Shown here one piece after another: positions 1-8,510 of a DNA stretch of 64,000 nt; within the stretch, counting starts at the first letter, position 1; every line of letters starts with the position of its first letter. The notes under the pieces were generated by a model. That model searched no databases and was not told the DNA's origin. It was given only the letters and a program-made list of their open reading frames with translations. Origin of the DNA: Pseudomonadota bacterium. GTDB lineage: Bacteria; Bdellovibrionota_B; Oligoflexia; Oligoflexales; CAIYRB01. A program made the translations under genes and the position numbers. The stretch spans positions 16,231 through 80,230 of the forward strand of contig JANOTL010000132.1 in assembly GCA_031416315.1 (NCBI GenBank). The letters are read 5' to 3'.

Positions 1-547
1 CGGCCTGGCGCGCGAGGCGGGCGGTGCCAGCGTGGGCGACGCAGGTCGCGCGCTCTTGGAACGAGGTGTAAATGAAGCCCTGGAAGACGTCGTTCTCCGT
101 CAGCGGATCGAAGCCGTTGCGCAGGAGGTTGTGGATCGTGACCTCGACCGCGCGCAGGTCGACCCTACCGGTCGCGAAAAGATAGCGGGAGAGGACGTCG
201 CCGTGCCGCTTCTCCTCTGCGACCCAGCCACGGATCCAGCGGGCAAGGCCGCCGGCGCCGACGCCGGTGTGGTCGTAGTGGCCCTCGAGGTTGCTCAGCC
301 AAGCGTGATAGCTCGGCAACGCCTCCTCGGTGATCATGTTCGCGACGAGGGAGACGAGCACCGCGTCGGGCACGGCGACGGCGGCGCGCCGAAACTCCTG
401 CAGCTGATCCAACCAATCCTTACCGGTCATGTCGGGGAGCAGGTCGCTCGGCTGCCATGCCTTCTCGACCGGGGCGAGGTAGTGAAGCTGGCCTTCGACG
501 AATTTGTCGAGTTCCGTGAGCAAGTCACGGCGTGCTACGTCGATCAC
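1..547 (-). CDS. Soluble acyl-ACP desaturase (plant/mycobacterial di-iron type), 3' end runs off the window
   Basis: Not in the ORF track; my translation from GTG 547 gives WQPSDLLPD, MITEEALP, WVAEEKRHGD and YTSFQERAT, hallmark motifs of FA_desaturase_2. Confidence 0.92.
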   Translation of the reverse strand, partial: MIDVARRDLLTELDKFVEGQLHYLAPVEKAWQPSDLLPDMTGKDWLDQLQEFRRAAVAVPDAVLVSLVANMITEEALPSYHAWLSNLEGHYDHTGVGAGGLARWIRGWVAEEKRHGDVLSRYLFATGRVDLRAVEVTIHNLLRNGFDPLTENDVFQGFIYTSFQERATCVAHAGTARLARQA

Positions 548-585
548 CCTGGCCCCCCCCTGCGGAAAGCGCCAGCCTAACCCCG

Positions 586-876
586 TTACCGCCAGAGCTG
601 CCAGTTATTCAATCCGACGCAGGCCTGGCGCCTCACGACCCCCGGGGACGGACTTTCCAGGCATTCCGGCTGCGGATTGGGACGGCCGAGGATCAGGTCC
701 AGGTTGCCCCGGATCTGCGTGGCACCGTTCCCGTTCTGGAAGATCATGAACATCTGGCGCGTGCCGTACTCGGTGCCGTCGTCGATGCATGGCTTGAACA
801 TGAGGCGACCGTCTTCCGAGCCAGGCAGGCCTTTCGGGTTGGTCAGACACCCGTTGCGAAGTGTCGTCTCTGCGAC
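586..876 (-). pseudogene. Probable fragment of a ricin-B (beta-trefoil) lectin-like domain
   Basis: Open frame VAETTLRNGCLTNPKG...FKPCIDDGTEYGTRQMF...ECLESPSPGVVRRQACVGLNNWQLWR shows CL...C...QxF/QxW periodicity; in-frame TGA upstream, no good start or signal peptide. Confidence 0.4.
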
Positions 877-976
877 TCAACGCGCAACGGGAAGGCGAAG
901 CGGCTCACGACGCCGGCGAGTTCACCGTGCGGAAAGACCAGGGACCCAACTTCTGACGGTCGACCGTCGGAGCCGC

Positions 977-1017
977 AATCAAAAAGCCGGCTTCCCTAGG
1001 AAGCCGGCCTTTTGATT
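977..1017. terminator. Intrinsic terminator (bidirectional form) downstream of tRNA-Ala
   Basis: GCCGGCTTCC-cta-GGAAGCCGGC 10-bp stem (986-1008) flanked by an A tract and a T tract. Confidence 0.85.
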
Positions 1018-1021
1018 TTGC

Positions 1022-1097
1022 TGGTGGAGGTAAGGAGAGTCGAACTCCTGACCTTTGCAATGCCATTGCAACGCTCTACCAGCTGAGCTATACCCCC
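1022..1097 (-). tRNA. tRNA-Ala (GGC)
   Basis: 76 nt GGGGGTATAGCTCAGCTGGTAGAGC...TTGCA-atGGCat-TGCAA...GTTCGA...CCACCA; cloverleaf with encoded CCA. Confidence 0.98.
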
Positions 1098-1119
1098 AGC
1101 GCACCAATCAAGAACACGC

Positions 1120-1149
1120 AATATGCTTCGGGCGCCTCCGGGCTGTCAA
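1120..1149 (-). promoter_or_regulatory. Sigma70-type promoter for tRNA-Ala
   Basis: TTGACA-N18-CATATT followed by GCGTG, about 22 nt before the tRNA 5' end. Confidence 0.6.
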
Positions 1150-1250
1150 CTCGATTTGCTCGATTTCGTCCGGCGGCTGGACTACTCTGTGATCATTCAT
1201 TGATTGTGGAGGAGCTCGGCTTGAGCGATCGGGATGGAACGGCAGGAGTG

Positions 1251-2435
1251 GTGAGCGCGCGCGGCAAGCTTTGGATGCAGCTCGCAGTTCTCTTGGCGGT
1301 GCTCGGCTTGGCGGTGAGCGTCTACGCGACACGGCACCACTTGATGCTGAAAGCGCAGGGGGTGACCGACGCCGCCTGCAATGTCAACGATGCCCTGAGC
1401 TGCGACGCGGTCGCCAATAGCGCTTACTCGGAGATCCAGGGGATCCCCCTCGGCGTCTTCGGCATCGGTTACTTCGTGGCCCTCGCGGTCCTCGCGACCA
1501 TCGTCCTGATCGGCCACCGGACTTGGCGCGAGCACATGCAGGGCTACGTGGCGCTCGTCGGGATCGGAGTCCTGACCTCGATCGCGCTGTTCGTCATCTC
1601 GGTGACGAAGATCAACGTCGCCTGCCCGACCTGCATCGCGATCTATACGCTGACCCTGCTGCAAGGCGGCCTCTTTTTCGCCTTCCGCAGCGAGCTGCCT
1701 GGCAAGCTCGACTTCAAGCAGATCGGCTCTGGCGCCACGACCGCTGCGATCGCCGTCGCGGCCGTCGTCGCGGTCTTCCAGTTCGCGCGTCCGGCCCTGA
1801 CGCCGCCGGCGAAAGAGCTCGACGCTCCGGCGAAGCTCGACCCGAACACCCCGGCGCTGGCCGCCAAAGTCCAGGACATCCCGATCTCGCGCTCGCAGTT
1901 CGCGGGTCTGGGCGAGGACTACCGGCGCGGGCCGGACGACGCCAAGGTCGTCATCGTCGAGTTCGCGGACTTCCAGTGCCCAGCCTGCGGACAGGTGAAG
2001 AGTGTCTTGGACGCGCTCGCCGCCGAGTATCCGGACAAGGTGCAAATCGTCTTTCGCAACTTCCCGCTCGACGCGACCTGCAACCGCACGATCAAGGGCA
2101 AGTTCCACGACTTCGCCTGCAAGGCCGCGGTCACCGCGCGCTGCGCCGGGCAATACGGCAAGTTCTGGGAGATGACGAACATCATCTTCGACCGCCAGAA
2201 GAGCATCACCGAAGGCAACATCAAGACCTGGGCGAAGGAGGTCGGCCTCACCGACGAGCAGATCAACACCTGCTGGGAAAGCCAGGACATCCTCGCCAAG
2301 ATCAAAGACGACGTGGAGCTCGGCGCCAAGCTCGAGATCGACTCGACGCCGACCCTCTTCATCAACGGCCGTAAAGTCACGGGCGGCCGCAGCCTGCAAG
2401 AGCTCCGCGTCGATGTCGAGCAGCTCCTCAACTGA
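1251..2435 (+). CDS. VKOR (vitamin K epoxide reductase family)-DsbA/thioredoxin fusion
   Basis: TM region with loop Cys pair (ACNVNDALSCDAV..SAYS) and CPTC; C-terminal FADFQCPAC, FRNFPL and STPT; start uncertain (1200-1275). Confidence 0.9.
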   Translation: MSARGKLWMQLAVLLAVLGLAVSVYATRHHLMLKAQGVTDAACNVNDALSCDAVANSAYSEIQGIPLGVFGIGYFVALAVLATIVLIGHRTWREHMQGYVALVGIGVLTSIALFVISVTKINVACPTCIAIYTLTLLQGGLFFAFRSELPGKLDFKQIGSGATTAAIAVAAVVAVFQFARPALTPPAKELDAPAKLDPNTPALAAKVQDIPISRSQFAGLGEDYRRGPDDAKVVIVEFADFQCPACGQVKSVLDALAAEYPDKVQIVFRNFPLDATCNRTIKGKFHDFACKAAVTARCAGQYGKFWEMTNIIFDRQKSITEGNIKTWAKEVGLTDEQINTCWESQDILAKIKDDVELGAKLEIDSTPTLFINGRKVTGGRSLQELRVDVEQLLN

Positions 2436-2447
2436 GGCCAGGTTCCG

Positions 2448-3215
2448 ATGAAGGTCCTCTTCGAGCACGACTTCCAGAAAAAGCTGATGACCCAGGCCTT
2501 CGAGGCCCCGGTGGAGCTGGCAAAGCCTTCGGACGTGCTCAGGTGGCGGTCGCAGTGGACGGCGGCGCTCGGCAGCTGGCACTCGCCGTACAAGCTCCTG
2601 GTCGACGCGACGAACCTGACGATCCACGACACGCCCGAGGTGCGCAAGGCCCTCGAGACGATGGTGAAATTCTTCCAAGGCTTTTATCTGCGGCAGGTGG
2701 TCGGCTACGGCTTCGACGCGGCGAAGAGCCACGCCGCCCTGCCGTTCACGACCTTGCCGACGGAGGAGGAGGCCGCCATCGAGCTCGGCGTCCGCGTGCC
2801 GGCGAAGCGCGAGGCGACCGATTTCCGCTCGACGATCCAGCTGCAGAACCACTTTCAGACGCACACGGTCGAGCTCAACTTCTCCGAGCCAGTGAAGATC
2901 GAGACGAAGGAGCAGGTCGCGACCCTGCGCTCGAAGCTCACCAACAATCTGATGCAGTGGCACTCCAAATGGAGCTTGATGATCGACTGCACCAACCTCG
3001 AGATCTCGCCCGACGTGGACGAGGAGTTCGACAAGATGTGGCAGGTCTTGAAGGGCTTCTTCATGAAGCAGGTGATCGGCTACTCGCCGAAGGTCGCGCG
3101 GGAGTCGTACCCCTTCGACGTGTACCGAGCGCGCCACAAGGCCGCGGCCTTCATCGAGGGCGAGGGCAACTTCTCCGGGGACAAGGCCGACTGCAAGTCA
3201 CGGCGTAAGGCCTAG
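2448..3215 (+). CDS. Hypothetical protein made of two tandem homologous ~115-aa domains (STAS/SpoIIAA-like by inference)
   Basis: Internal repeat WHSPYKLLVDATNL / WHSKWSLMIDCTNL and GFYLRQVVGY / GFFMKQVIGY; typical codon usage; 12 nt after the upstream stop. Confidence 0.75.
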   Translation: MKVLFEHDFQKKLMTQAFEAPVELAKPSDVLRWRSQWTAALGSWHSPYKLLVDATNLTIHDTPEVRKALETMVKFFQGFYLRQVVGYGFDAAKSHAALPFTTLPTEEEAAIELGVRVPAKREATDFRSTIQLQNHFQTHTVELNFSEPVKIETKEQVATLRSKLTNNLMQWHSKWSLMIDCTNLEISPDVDEEFDKMWQVLKGFFMKQVIGYSPKVARESYPFDVYRARHKAAAFIEGEGNFSGDKADCKSRRKA

Positions 3216-3413
3216 GATTTCCCACTCGTCGTCGACCAGCCAGTGAAACAGCTCCGCCTCCCGCGAGCCGCTCCGGACGACGACGATGCGCACCGGCGTC
3301 GGCGCGTTGAACTTCAGCCGCGTCACCTCCTGGTCGTCGACGATCTCGAGCGGCGCCAAAAGCCCGGCTTCGGCCAGAACTGCGGCAATTTCCTGCGGAA
3401 TTCCGAGACTCAT
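3198..3413 (-). CDS. Small hypothetical protein (71 aa)
   Basis: ATG start, coding-like codon usage, fills the gap between flanking genes. Confidence 0.55.
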   Translation of the reverse strand: MSLGIPQEIAAVLAEAGLLAPLEIVDDQEVTRLKFNAPTPVRIVVVRSGSREAELFHWLVDDEWEILGLTP

Positions 3414-3480
3414 AATTCTGGCCTTTGCGCGAGGTTTCCCCTATAAAGGGCATCTCCATTCGGCATTTGAGGGGGTCGCA

Positions 3481-4011
3481 GTGCTTTCCGTCGAGATTCT
3501 TCCGGTCCAAGACACGCTCGTCCTCCGCGCCCGCGGCTCCGAGCTGCTGATCCTGCCGCATCACGTGCACAAGCTCAAAGCTCTGAGCAAGCCGAAGGAA
3601 TTCAGCAGCTATTTTCACGGCGAGGCCCTGGTCAACCGGCCGGCGCGCAAGCTCTTCGAAGCCTGGCTGCGCAAGGACGACTCCCTCTGGAAACGGATCT
3701 ACATCACGATCCACAAAGAGATGACCCTCGGCGACGCGCCGAAGGACGAGGACGCGGCCGAGGCGAAGCCGGCGAAAGTCGAGAAGACCGTCGTCGCGAA
3801 GAAGACGGCCGAGGCGGCGAAAGAGACCGTGGTCGCGAAGCCGAAAGCCGAGAAGAAGGCTGAGCCTAAGCCCGAGCCGAAGGCCGAAAAAGAAGAGAAG
3901 CCGAAAAAAGCCGCCGCGGCCCCGGCGCCGAAGAAGAAAGAAGAGAAGGCGGAAAAGGCCGACAAAAAAGCCGAGAAGAAGCCCGCCAAGCCGGCCGCGA
4001 AGAAGAAGTGA
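3481..4011 (+). CDS. Hypothetical protein with globular N-domain and Lys/Ala/Glu/Pro-rich histone H1-like tail
   Basis: GTG 3481 preceded by GAGGGG; tail KPAKVEK...AEKKPAKPAAKKK. Confidence 0.75.
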   Translation: MLSVEILPVQDTLVLRARGSELLILPHHVHKLKALSKPKEFSSYFHGEALVNRPARKLFEAWLRKDDSLWKRIYITIHKEMTLGDAPKDEDAAEAKPAKVEKTVVAKKTAEAAKETVVAKPKAEKKAEPKPEPKAEKEEKPKKAAAAPAPKKKEEKAEKADKKAEKKPAKPAAKKK

Positions 4012-4022
4012 GCGCCTGAGCC

Positions 4023-4331
4023 TTGATCCGCAAATATCTAGTCTGCGGCAAGCAACTCTTCTTGGCCTCGAAGAAGCTCGAGGACTCGAACAGTAAGTCG
4101 CCCGTCGTCGAGCTCCTGATCCCGCTCACGCTCTTATGGGAGATCGAGCGGCTCGTTCAACGGATCGACTACCTCGTCGCCTCGAACGAAGACCCAGTGC
4201 TGATCTCCGACCTGATGAAGAAGGTCTACCGGAAAGTCGTGAAGTACGCCGTCTTCGAGAAGGACCGCGTCTTCATCTTCGACAAGTTCCTGGGCGTCGG
4301 GCCGCCGGCGACCGGCGGCGGCAACCATTAG
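4023..4331 (+). CDS. Hypothetical protein (102 aa)
   Basis: Operon-like spacing between neighbours; coding-like composition. Confidence 0.65.
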   Translation: MIRKYLVCGKQLFLASKKLEDSNSKSPVVELLIPLTLLWEIERLVQRIDYLVASNEDPVLISDLMKKVYRKVVKYAVFEKDRVFIFDKFLGVGPPATGGGNH

Positions 4332-4332
4332 C

Positions 4333-4848
4333 GTGCGGCGCGCGATCTTCCTCGATCGGGACGGCGTGTTGAACGAGGACCGCGGTTTCACGCACAAAGT
4401 CGCGGACCTCGTGCTTTTGCCCGGCGTCGCCGCGGCGCTGCGCACGCTGAAAGAGCGCGGATTCAGGCTCGTCGTGGTGAGCAACCAGTCCGGCGTGGCG
4501 CGCGGGCTCTACGACGCGGCTGCGGTCGTCTCGTTCCACGTGGCGCTCGACACGGCCTTGATCGCGGCCGGCGGCGTCGCGATCGATGCGTACTATTTCT
4601 GCCCGCACGGCCCCGAAGGCGGCTGCGTTTGCCGCAAGCCCGCGCCCGGGATGATCCTGCAGGCGATGCGCGAGCACGGGCTCGAGCGCGCCGGCTCCTG
4701 GCTCGTCGGCGACCGCGAGAGCGACGTCGCCGCCGCGGCCGGCGCCGGCGTGCGCGCGATCCAGGTCGTTCCGCCAGGCACCGAGCCCGATCCCAATGCC
4801 ACGCAGCATGCGGCGTCTCTCGCCGATGCCCTGCGCTGGCTCATTTAA
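4333..4848 (+). CDS. gmhB: D-glycero-D-manno-heptose 1,7-bisphosphate phosphatase (HAD IIIA)
   Basis: FLDRDGVLN, VSNQSG, CPH..CVCRKPAPGM, VGDRESD. Confidence 0.88.
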   Translation: MRRAIFLDRDGVLNEDRGFTHKVADLVLLPGVAAALRTLKERGFRLVVVSNQSGVARGLYDAAAVVSFHVALDTALIAAGGVAIDAYYFCPHGPEGGCVCRKPAPGMILQAMREHGLERAGSWLVGDRESDVAAAAGAGVRAIQVVPPGTEPDPNATQHAASLADALRWLI

Positions 4849-4862
4849 CTCGAGGAGCATCC

Positions 4863-5330
4863 ATGTTCAGTCTCGTCCTAGCCGCCGCCGCCGTTCACTA
4901 TTCCACCGTGCCGCAAATGCTGGCAGCGCTGCCGGAGAGCTGCCTGCCGTGCGCGGCGTTCTTCCGTGTCGAGCGCCCGCTCGTCGAGGACGTGCTCGAT
5001 CACGCCTATGTCGGCGCACGCTTCACCGACGAATGCAGCCAAGCGCTGGCGGAGACGGAGTATGGCCTGAGCAAGGGCGAGGAGGACCTCGCCCACTTCG
5101 ACGGCAAGACGGAGCGCGAAGGCCTTCGCTTGATCGGTAGCCTTTGCGGCCGCGCGGAGTTGAGTGCGGCGCACGCCGACGCGGCTGCCGTCACTGACTA
5201 TTGGGTCGATCGCGAGGCGGATCCCGTCCAGTACTACTGGGACATGTTGGTGACGCCGGTCGCGGGTCGTCCTTGCGGGAATGCGGCGGACGACGTCGAG
5301 GCGGCGCTCCTGCCGCATCTCGAGCCCTGA
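4863..5330 (+). CDS. Hypothetical, possibly secreted Cys-containing protein
   Basis: GAGGAG SD before ATG 4863; short hydrophobic N-terminus. Confidence 0.6.
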   Translation: MFSLVLAAAAVHYSTVPQMLAALPESCLPCAAFFRVERPLVEDVLDHAYVGARFTDECSQALAETEYGLSKGEEDLAHFDGKTEREGLRLIGSLCGRAELSAAHADAAAVTDYWVDREADPVQYYWDMLVTPVAGRPCGNAADDVEAALLPHLEP

Positions 5331-5331
5331 C

Positions 5332-5598
5332 TCATTCCTCGCCGTCCGCGTTCGCGACGGTGACCTCGGGGGCGACGTGCGCCTCTTTCGCTTCCCGCAT
5401 CTTGCGCAGCAAGAGCTTGATGCGCGGGCCGCAGCGCTCGCCGGCGCAGCCGCCGGAACCGGTTCCGACCTTGCGATTCACGTCGGCGACGGTCTCGCAG
5501 CCTTCCATGCCTTTCAAGACGCGGCCCAGGGTGATGCCTTTGCAGATGCACACGACCTTGGCGAGCGTCCGGATACGTTCTTCTTGTTTGGGGTCCAC
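5332..5598 (-). CDS. BFD-like [2Fe-2S]-binding domain protein
   Basis: VCICKGIT...GTGSGGCAGERC. Confidence 0.82.
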   Translation of the reverse strand: MDPKQEERIRTLAKVVCICKGITLGRVLKGMEGCETVADVNRKVGTGSGGCAGERCGPRIKLLLRKMREAKEAHVAPEVTVANADGEE

Positions 5599-5605
5599 AC
5601 GAGAC

Positions 5606-6247
5606 TCATGAATAAAGGAGCCTGAGCCATTGCAACCAGCGCGCGTCGCCCAGAGCGAATATGACTACTGTAGCATTACACGCCGCATGGAACAGCACGG
5701 CCGGGGCCAGCCGCCCGGAGCGAATGTAGAGTGCCTCGCACGCAAGCCCCAGTAAGAACGGGCCCAAGGGCAGGCCCAAGCTCGGGCCGGTGTGCGCGAG
5801 GGCGAAGACGATCGCCGAGAACCAGGCGCCCCAGAGCGGGCCGCCGCGCTGGCGGAAGACCGTGCCGATGCCGACGCGGAAGACGAGCTCCTCGATCGGG
5901 GGAATCAGGAGGATGAAGGCAAGCTGCTGCCAGCCGAGCGCCGGCGGTGGCACGTCGCCCCCGCCGAGAACGCGCGAGAAGGCGGCGAGGGCCGCGGCGC
6001 CCGCGACGATCACGACCGCCGGCAGAGCATCCTGCCAGCTCGGCCTCAGCACCGGCCGCTGCCAACGATAGACGAGGATCGCCGCGGGAACATGCAGGAT
6101 CAACGCAGCGACCCAGCCCGGGCCCACGAGCTTGCCGACGAGCCAGTACGCGCCCGTCAACGCGCAACCTGTGACGAGACTCGCGACGGCCAGGATCAGC
6201 GCCGTGCGTCCCGAAATCTCACGCGGAGATGGCGGTTGGCTCACCAC
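5606..6247 (-). CDS. CPBP (Abi/CAAX) family intramembrane glutamic endopeptidase
   Basis: EELVFR, FALAH, HAACN; multiple TM segments. Confidence 0.88.
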   Translation of the reverse strand: MVSQPPSPREISGRTALILAVASLVTGCALTGAYWLVGKLVGPGWVAALILHVPAAILVYRWQRPVLRPSWQDALPAVVIVAGAAALAAFSRVLGGGDVPPPALGWQQLAFILLIPPIEELVFRVGIGTVFRQRGGPLWGAWFSAIVFALAHTGPSLGLPLGPFLLGLACEALYIRSGRLAPAVLFHAACNATVVIFALGDARWLQWLRLLYS

Positions 6248-7274
6248 CGAGAATTTCCTTGATCAGCTCGAAGAGAGTGCGGAAGTCGTTCTTCACGACG
6301 TAACCGTTGGCGCCGACCGTGATGCCCGCGGCCTGGTTCGCCCGACCGGACAAGGAAGTATGCAACACCACCGGCAATTCCGCATACTTCGAATTGGCGC
6401 GCACCTTTTTGGTGAAGGAGAGCCCGTCCATCTTCGGCATCTCGACGTCGGTCACGATCATGTCGATGCCGCCGCCGTTCGACTTGATGCCGATGCGCTC
6501 GAGAAGCGCGTAGGCCTCTTCGCCGTCGCCGGCCTCGTAGACCTTGAAACCGTGACGAATGAGCGCTTGCTTGACGCCGTTGCGGATGAACTGCGAATCG
6601 TCGACGAGGAGGATCCCCTGAGCATTCGAGTCGTCGACCTGGGCTGCGCGCTGCACGGCGGCGGCCGGCGCCGGAACACCCAGATCAATGCCTGCGCGGG
6701 GCATTGGCGACTGCACGTGCTGCTGGCCGTAGACGTGCTGATGGATCAGCTGCGCCGGGGGCTGCGTCATGCCGCCGTTTTGCGCGCCGTACTCGAGGTT
6801 GATCAGGATCTTTTCGAGGTCCAGGATGAACAGGAACTCGCTGTTCTCGATCAGCGTCATGCCGCTCATGCAAGAGCTGGAGTCAGAGGACGGCGGCAGG
6901 ACCTTGTCCCAGGAAACGCGGCGGATGCGGTGCGTCGAGTCGACGATGAAGCCGGCACGCTTTTGGCTGAATTCGGTGACGATGATCTGCTGCTGCTGCG
7001 AAGCAGCGGTGTCCTCGTCACCGAGGGCGACGGCTAAGTTTACGGCCGGGATCGGGATGCCACGCAGCTCGAAGATGCCGGTGACGCCTTTGACGCGCGA
7101 CGCGAGCGTGTTGATCTTCGGCATGCGCACGACCTCGCGCACTTTGGCGACGTTGACGCCGTAGATGCCGCGGACGCTCTGCCCGCGCACGCGACGCGTG
7201 AGCGAGAACTCGATCAGCTCGAAGAATGAGCCACCGATCTCGAGTTGGAGTCGTTTGTGGTCTTGGTGTGCCAA
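6219..7274 (-). CDS. cheV: Chemotaxis protein CheV (CheW + receiver)
   Basis: YGVNVAKVREV, GIFELRG, C-terminal LLVDDS...TDVEMPKMDG; Gln/His/Pro-rich linker. Confidence 0.93.
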   Translation of the reverse strand: MAHQDHKRLQLEIGGSFFELIEFSLTRRVRGQSVRGIYGVNVAKVREVVRMPKINTLASRVKGVTGIFELRGIPIPAVNLAVALGDEDTAASQQQQIIVTEFSQKRAGFIVDSTHRIRRVSWDKVLPPSSDSSSCMSGMTLIENSEFLFILDLEKILINLEYGAQNGGMTQPPAQLIHQHVYGQQHVQSPMPRAGIDLGVPAPAAAVQRAAQVDDSNAQGILLVDDSQFIRNGVKQALIRHGFKVYEAGDGEEAYALLERIGIKSNGGGIDMIVTDVEMPKMDGLSFTKKVRANSKYAELPVVLHTSLSGRANQAAGITVGANGYVVKNDFRTLFELIKEILGGEPTAISA

Positions 7275-7346
7275 ATACGAGGTTTAGGGAGCTTGGGCGG
7301 CGGACCTTAGGTAAATCGTGCCGCGCCGACCAATAAACCACTGATA

Positions 7347-7490
7347 TTAGTCGCGATTCTCGCTGCGCCGCCGCAGTTGCGCCAGCGCATAGCGCCGCAC
7401 GACCCAGCCGCCGCCCACCAGGACGATGGCGGAGACGACGGCGACGGGCACGAGGGATCGCGCCGCGACGACGACCTTCCAGGACTGCAT
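7347..7490 (-). CDS. Small single-pass membrane protein (47 aa), absent from ORF track
   Basis: MQSWKVVVAARSLVPVAVVSAIVLVGGGWVVRRYALAQLRRRSENRD*; ATG 4 nt after upstream stop; high GC3. Confidence 0.6.
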   Translation of the reverse strand: MQSWKVVVAARSLVPVAVVSAIVLVGGGWVVRRYALAQLRRRSENRD

Positions 7491-7494
7491 GGCT

Positions 7495-8292
7495 TCAGAG
7501 CGGCGCGCTGCGGAGCAGATCCTCTAGGGCCTTGCGTTGCACGTCGGTCAAACGGCCGAACATGACGCCGGCGCGGGCGCCCTTCTTGTCGATCCACGCG
7601 ATCGTGCACTTGATGCGCTGCTCGGTGGTCTTCGCCTTCTTGGCGGCTGTGGTCGCTTTTGCCTTGGCGCCGACGCCCTTCGGCTTGGTCGTGATGCCGA
7701 GCGGGGGCGGCATGGTGCCGTCGTTCGGCAGCTCGATCGCCATGGTCATTTCCTCGCCGCCCTTCATCTTCATCGGCTCGTCGAGCTCGATGCAGGCGCC
7801 GCCGAGGGAGATGTTGCTGACGCGGCCCGTGACCTTCGGCGCGCGCTTGCCGCGGCCGGCGCCCTTGCCGATGATGAGCGTCTCGAGGTCGGTGTCGAAG
7901 CGGCGGCCGAGGCGGTGCTTGTCGAGGAGGAAACGGTCGATCTTCGCCGCGAGGACGTCGAACTTCACCGGCTTCGCGACCCAACCGCCCGCGTCGTTGA
8001 ACGCGAAGAGGTCGGAGCCCACCGCTTCGTCGACGATCTTGTCGGGATATGCGGTGAGAAGAATCGGGCCTTTGTAGAACTTGCGCATCATGCCGATCAG
8101 CGTGACCCCGTCGACGTCGGGAAGGTCGAAGTCGACGACGCACATGTCGGGTTGCGCGGTCGCGAGGACCTCGAGGCACTGCTTGCCGTTCGCGGCGACG
8201 AGAATCTGCGCGCCGGTGATCTTGTCCTTGAACACCTCGGAGCTCATAACGAGGCTCGGCTTGCAGGCGTCGACGATCATGATGATGGGCAT
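7495..8292 (-). CDS. Response regulator: receiver + PilZ domain
   Basis: Start MPIIMIVD after GAGGGGG; VVDFDLPD, KP; PilZ RLGRR and NISLGG. Confidence 0.87.
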   Translation of the reverse strand: MPIIMIVDACKPSLVMSSEVFKDKITGAQILVAANGKQCLEVLATAQPDMCVVDFDLPDVDGVTLIGMMRKFYKGPILLTAYPDKIVDEAVGSDLFAFNDAGGWVAKPVKFDVLAAKIDRFLLDKHRLGRRFDTDLETLIIGKGAGRGKRAPKVTGRVSNISLGGACIELDEPMKMKGGEEMTMAIELPNDGTMPPPLGITTKPKGVGAKAKATTAAKKAKTTEQRIKCTIAWIDKKGARAGVMFGRLTDVQRKALEDLLRSAPL

Positions 8293-8510
8293 GTATCCCC
8301 CTCTAAAGAGATCAAGCGAGTGCGATGGAAATTGGAATGGGAGTTCGGAGATGAAAGGCAGGCTGGGACTGGTCCTTCGATTATAGCCGAACTCGAATCC
8401 CAGGGGGACCTGTCGGCGCGGGCTCAAGTTTTCCCGAGCGGAACCGAAAACAGGAATGATCCCCACGTATTCTCCCACCTGATTTGCGGTTTCTCCCCGA
8501 AAGGCTTCAG

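Noticed and set aside
32..580. 182-aa + strand ORF
   Set aside because: Antisense shadow of the acyl-ACP desaturase
960..1100. tRNA-Ala as attachment site of an integrated element
   Set aside because: No integrase and no duplicate of the tRNA 3' end seen within this window
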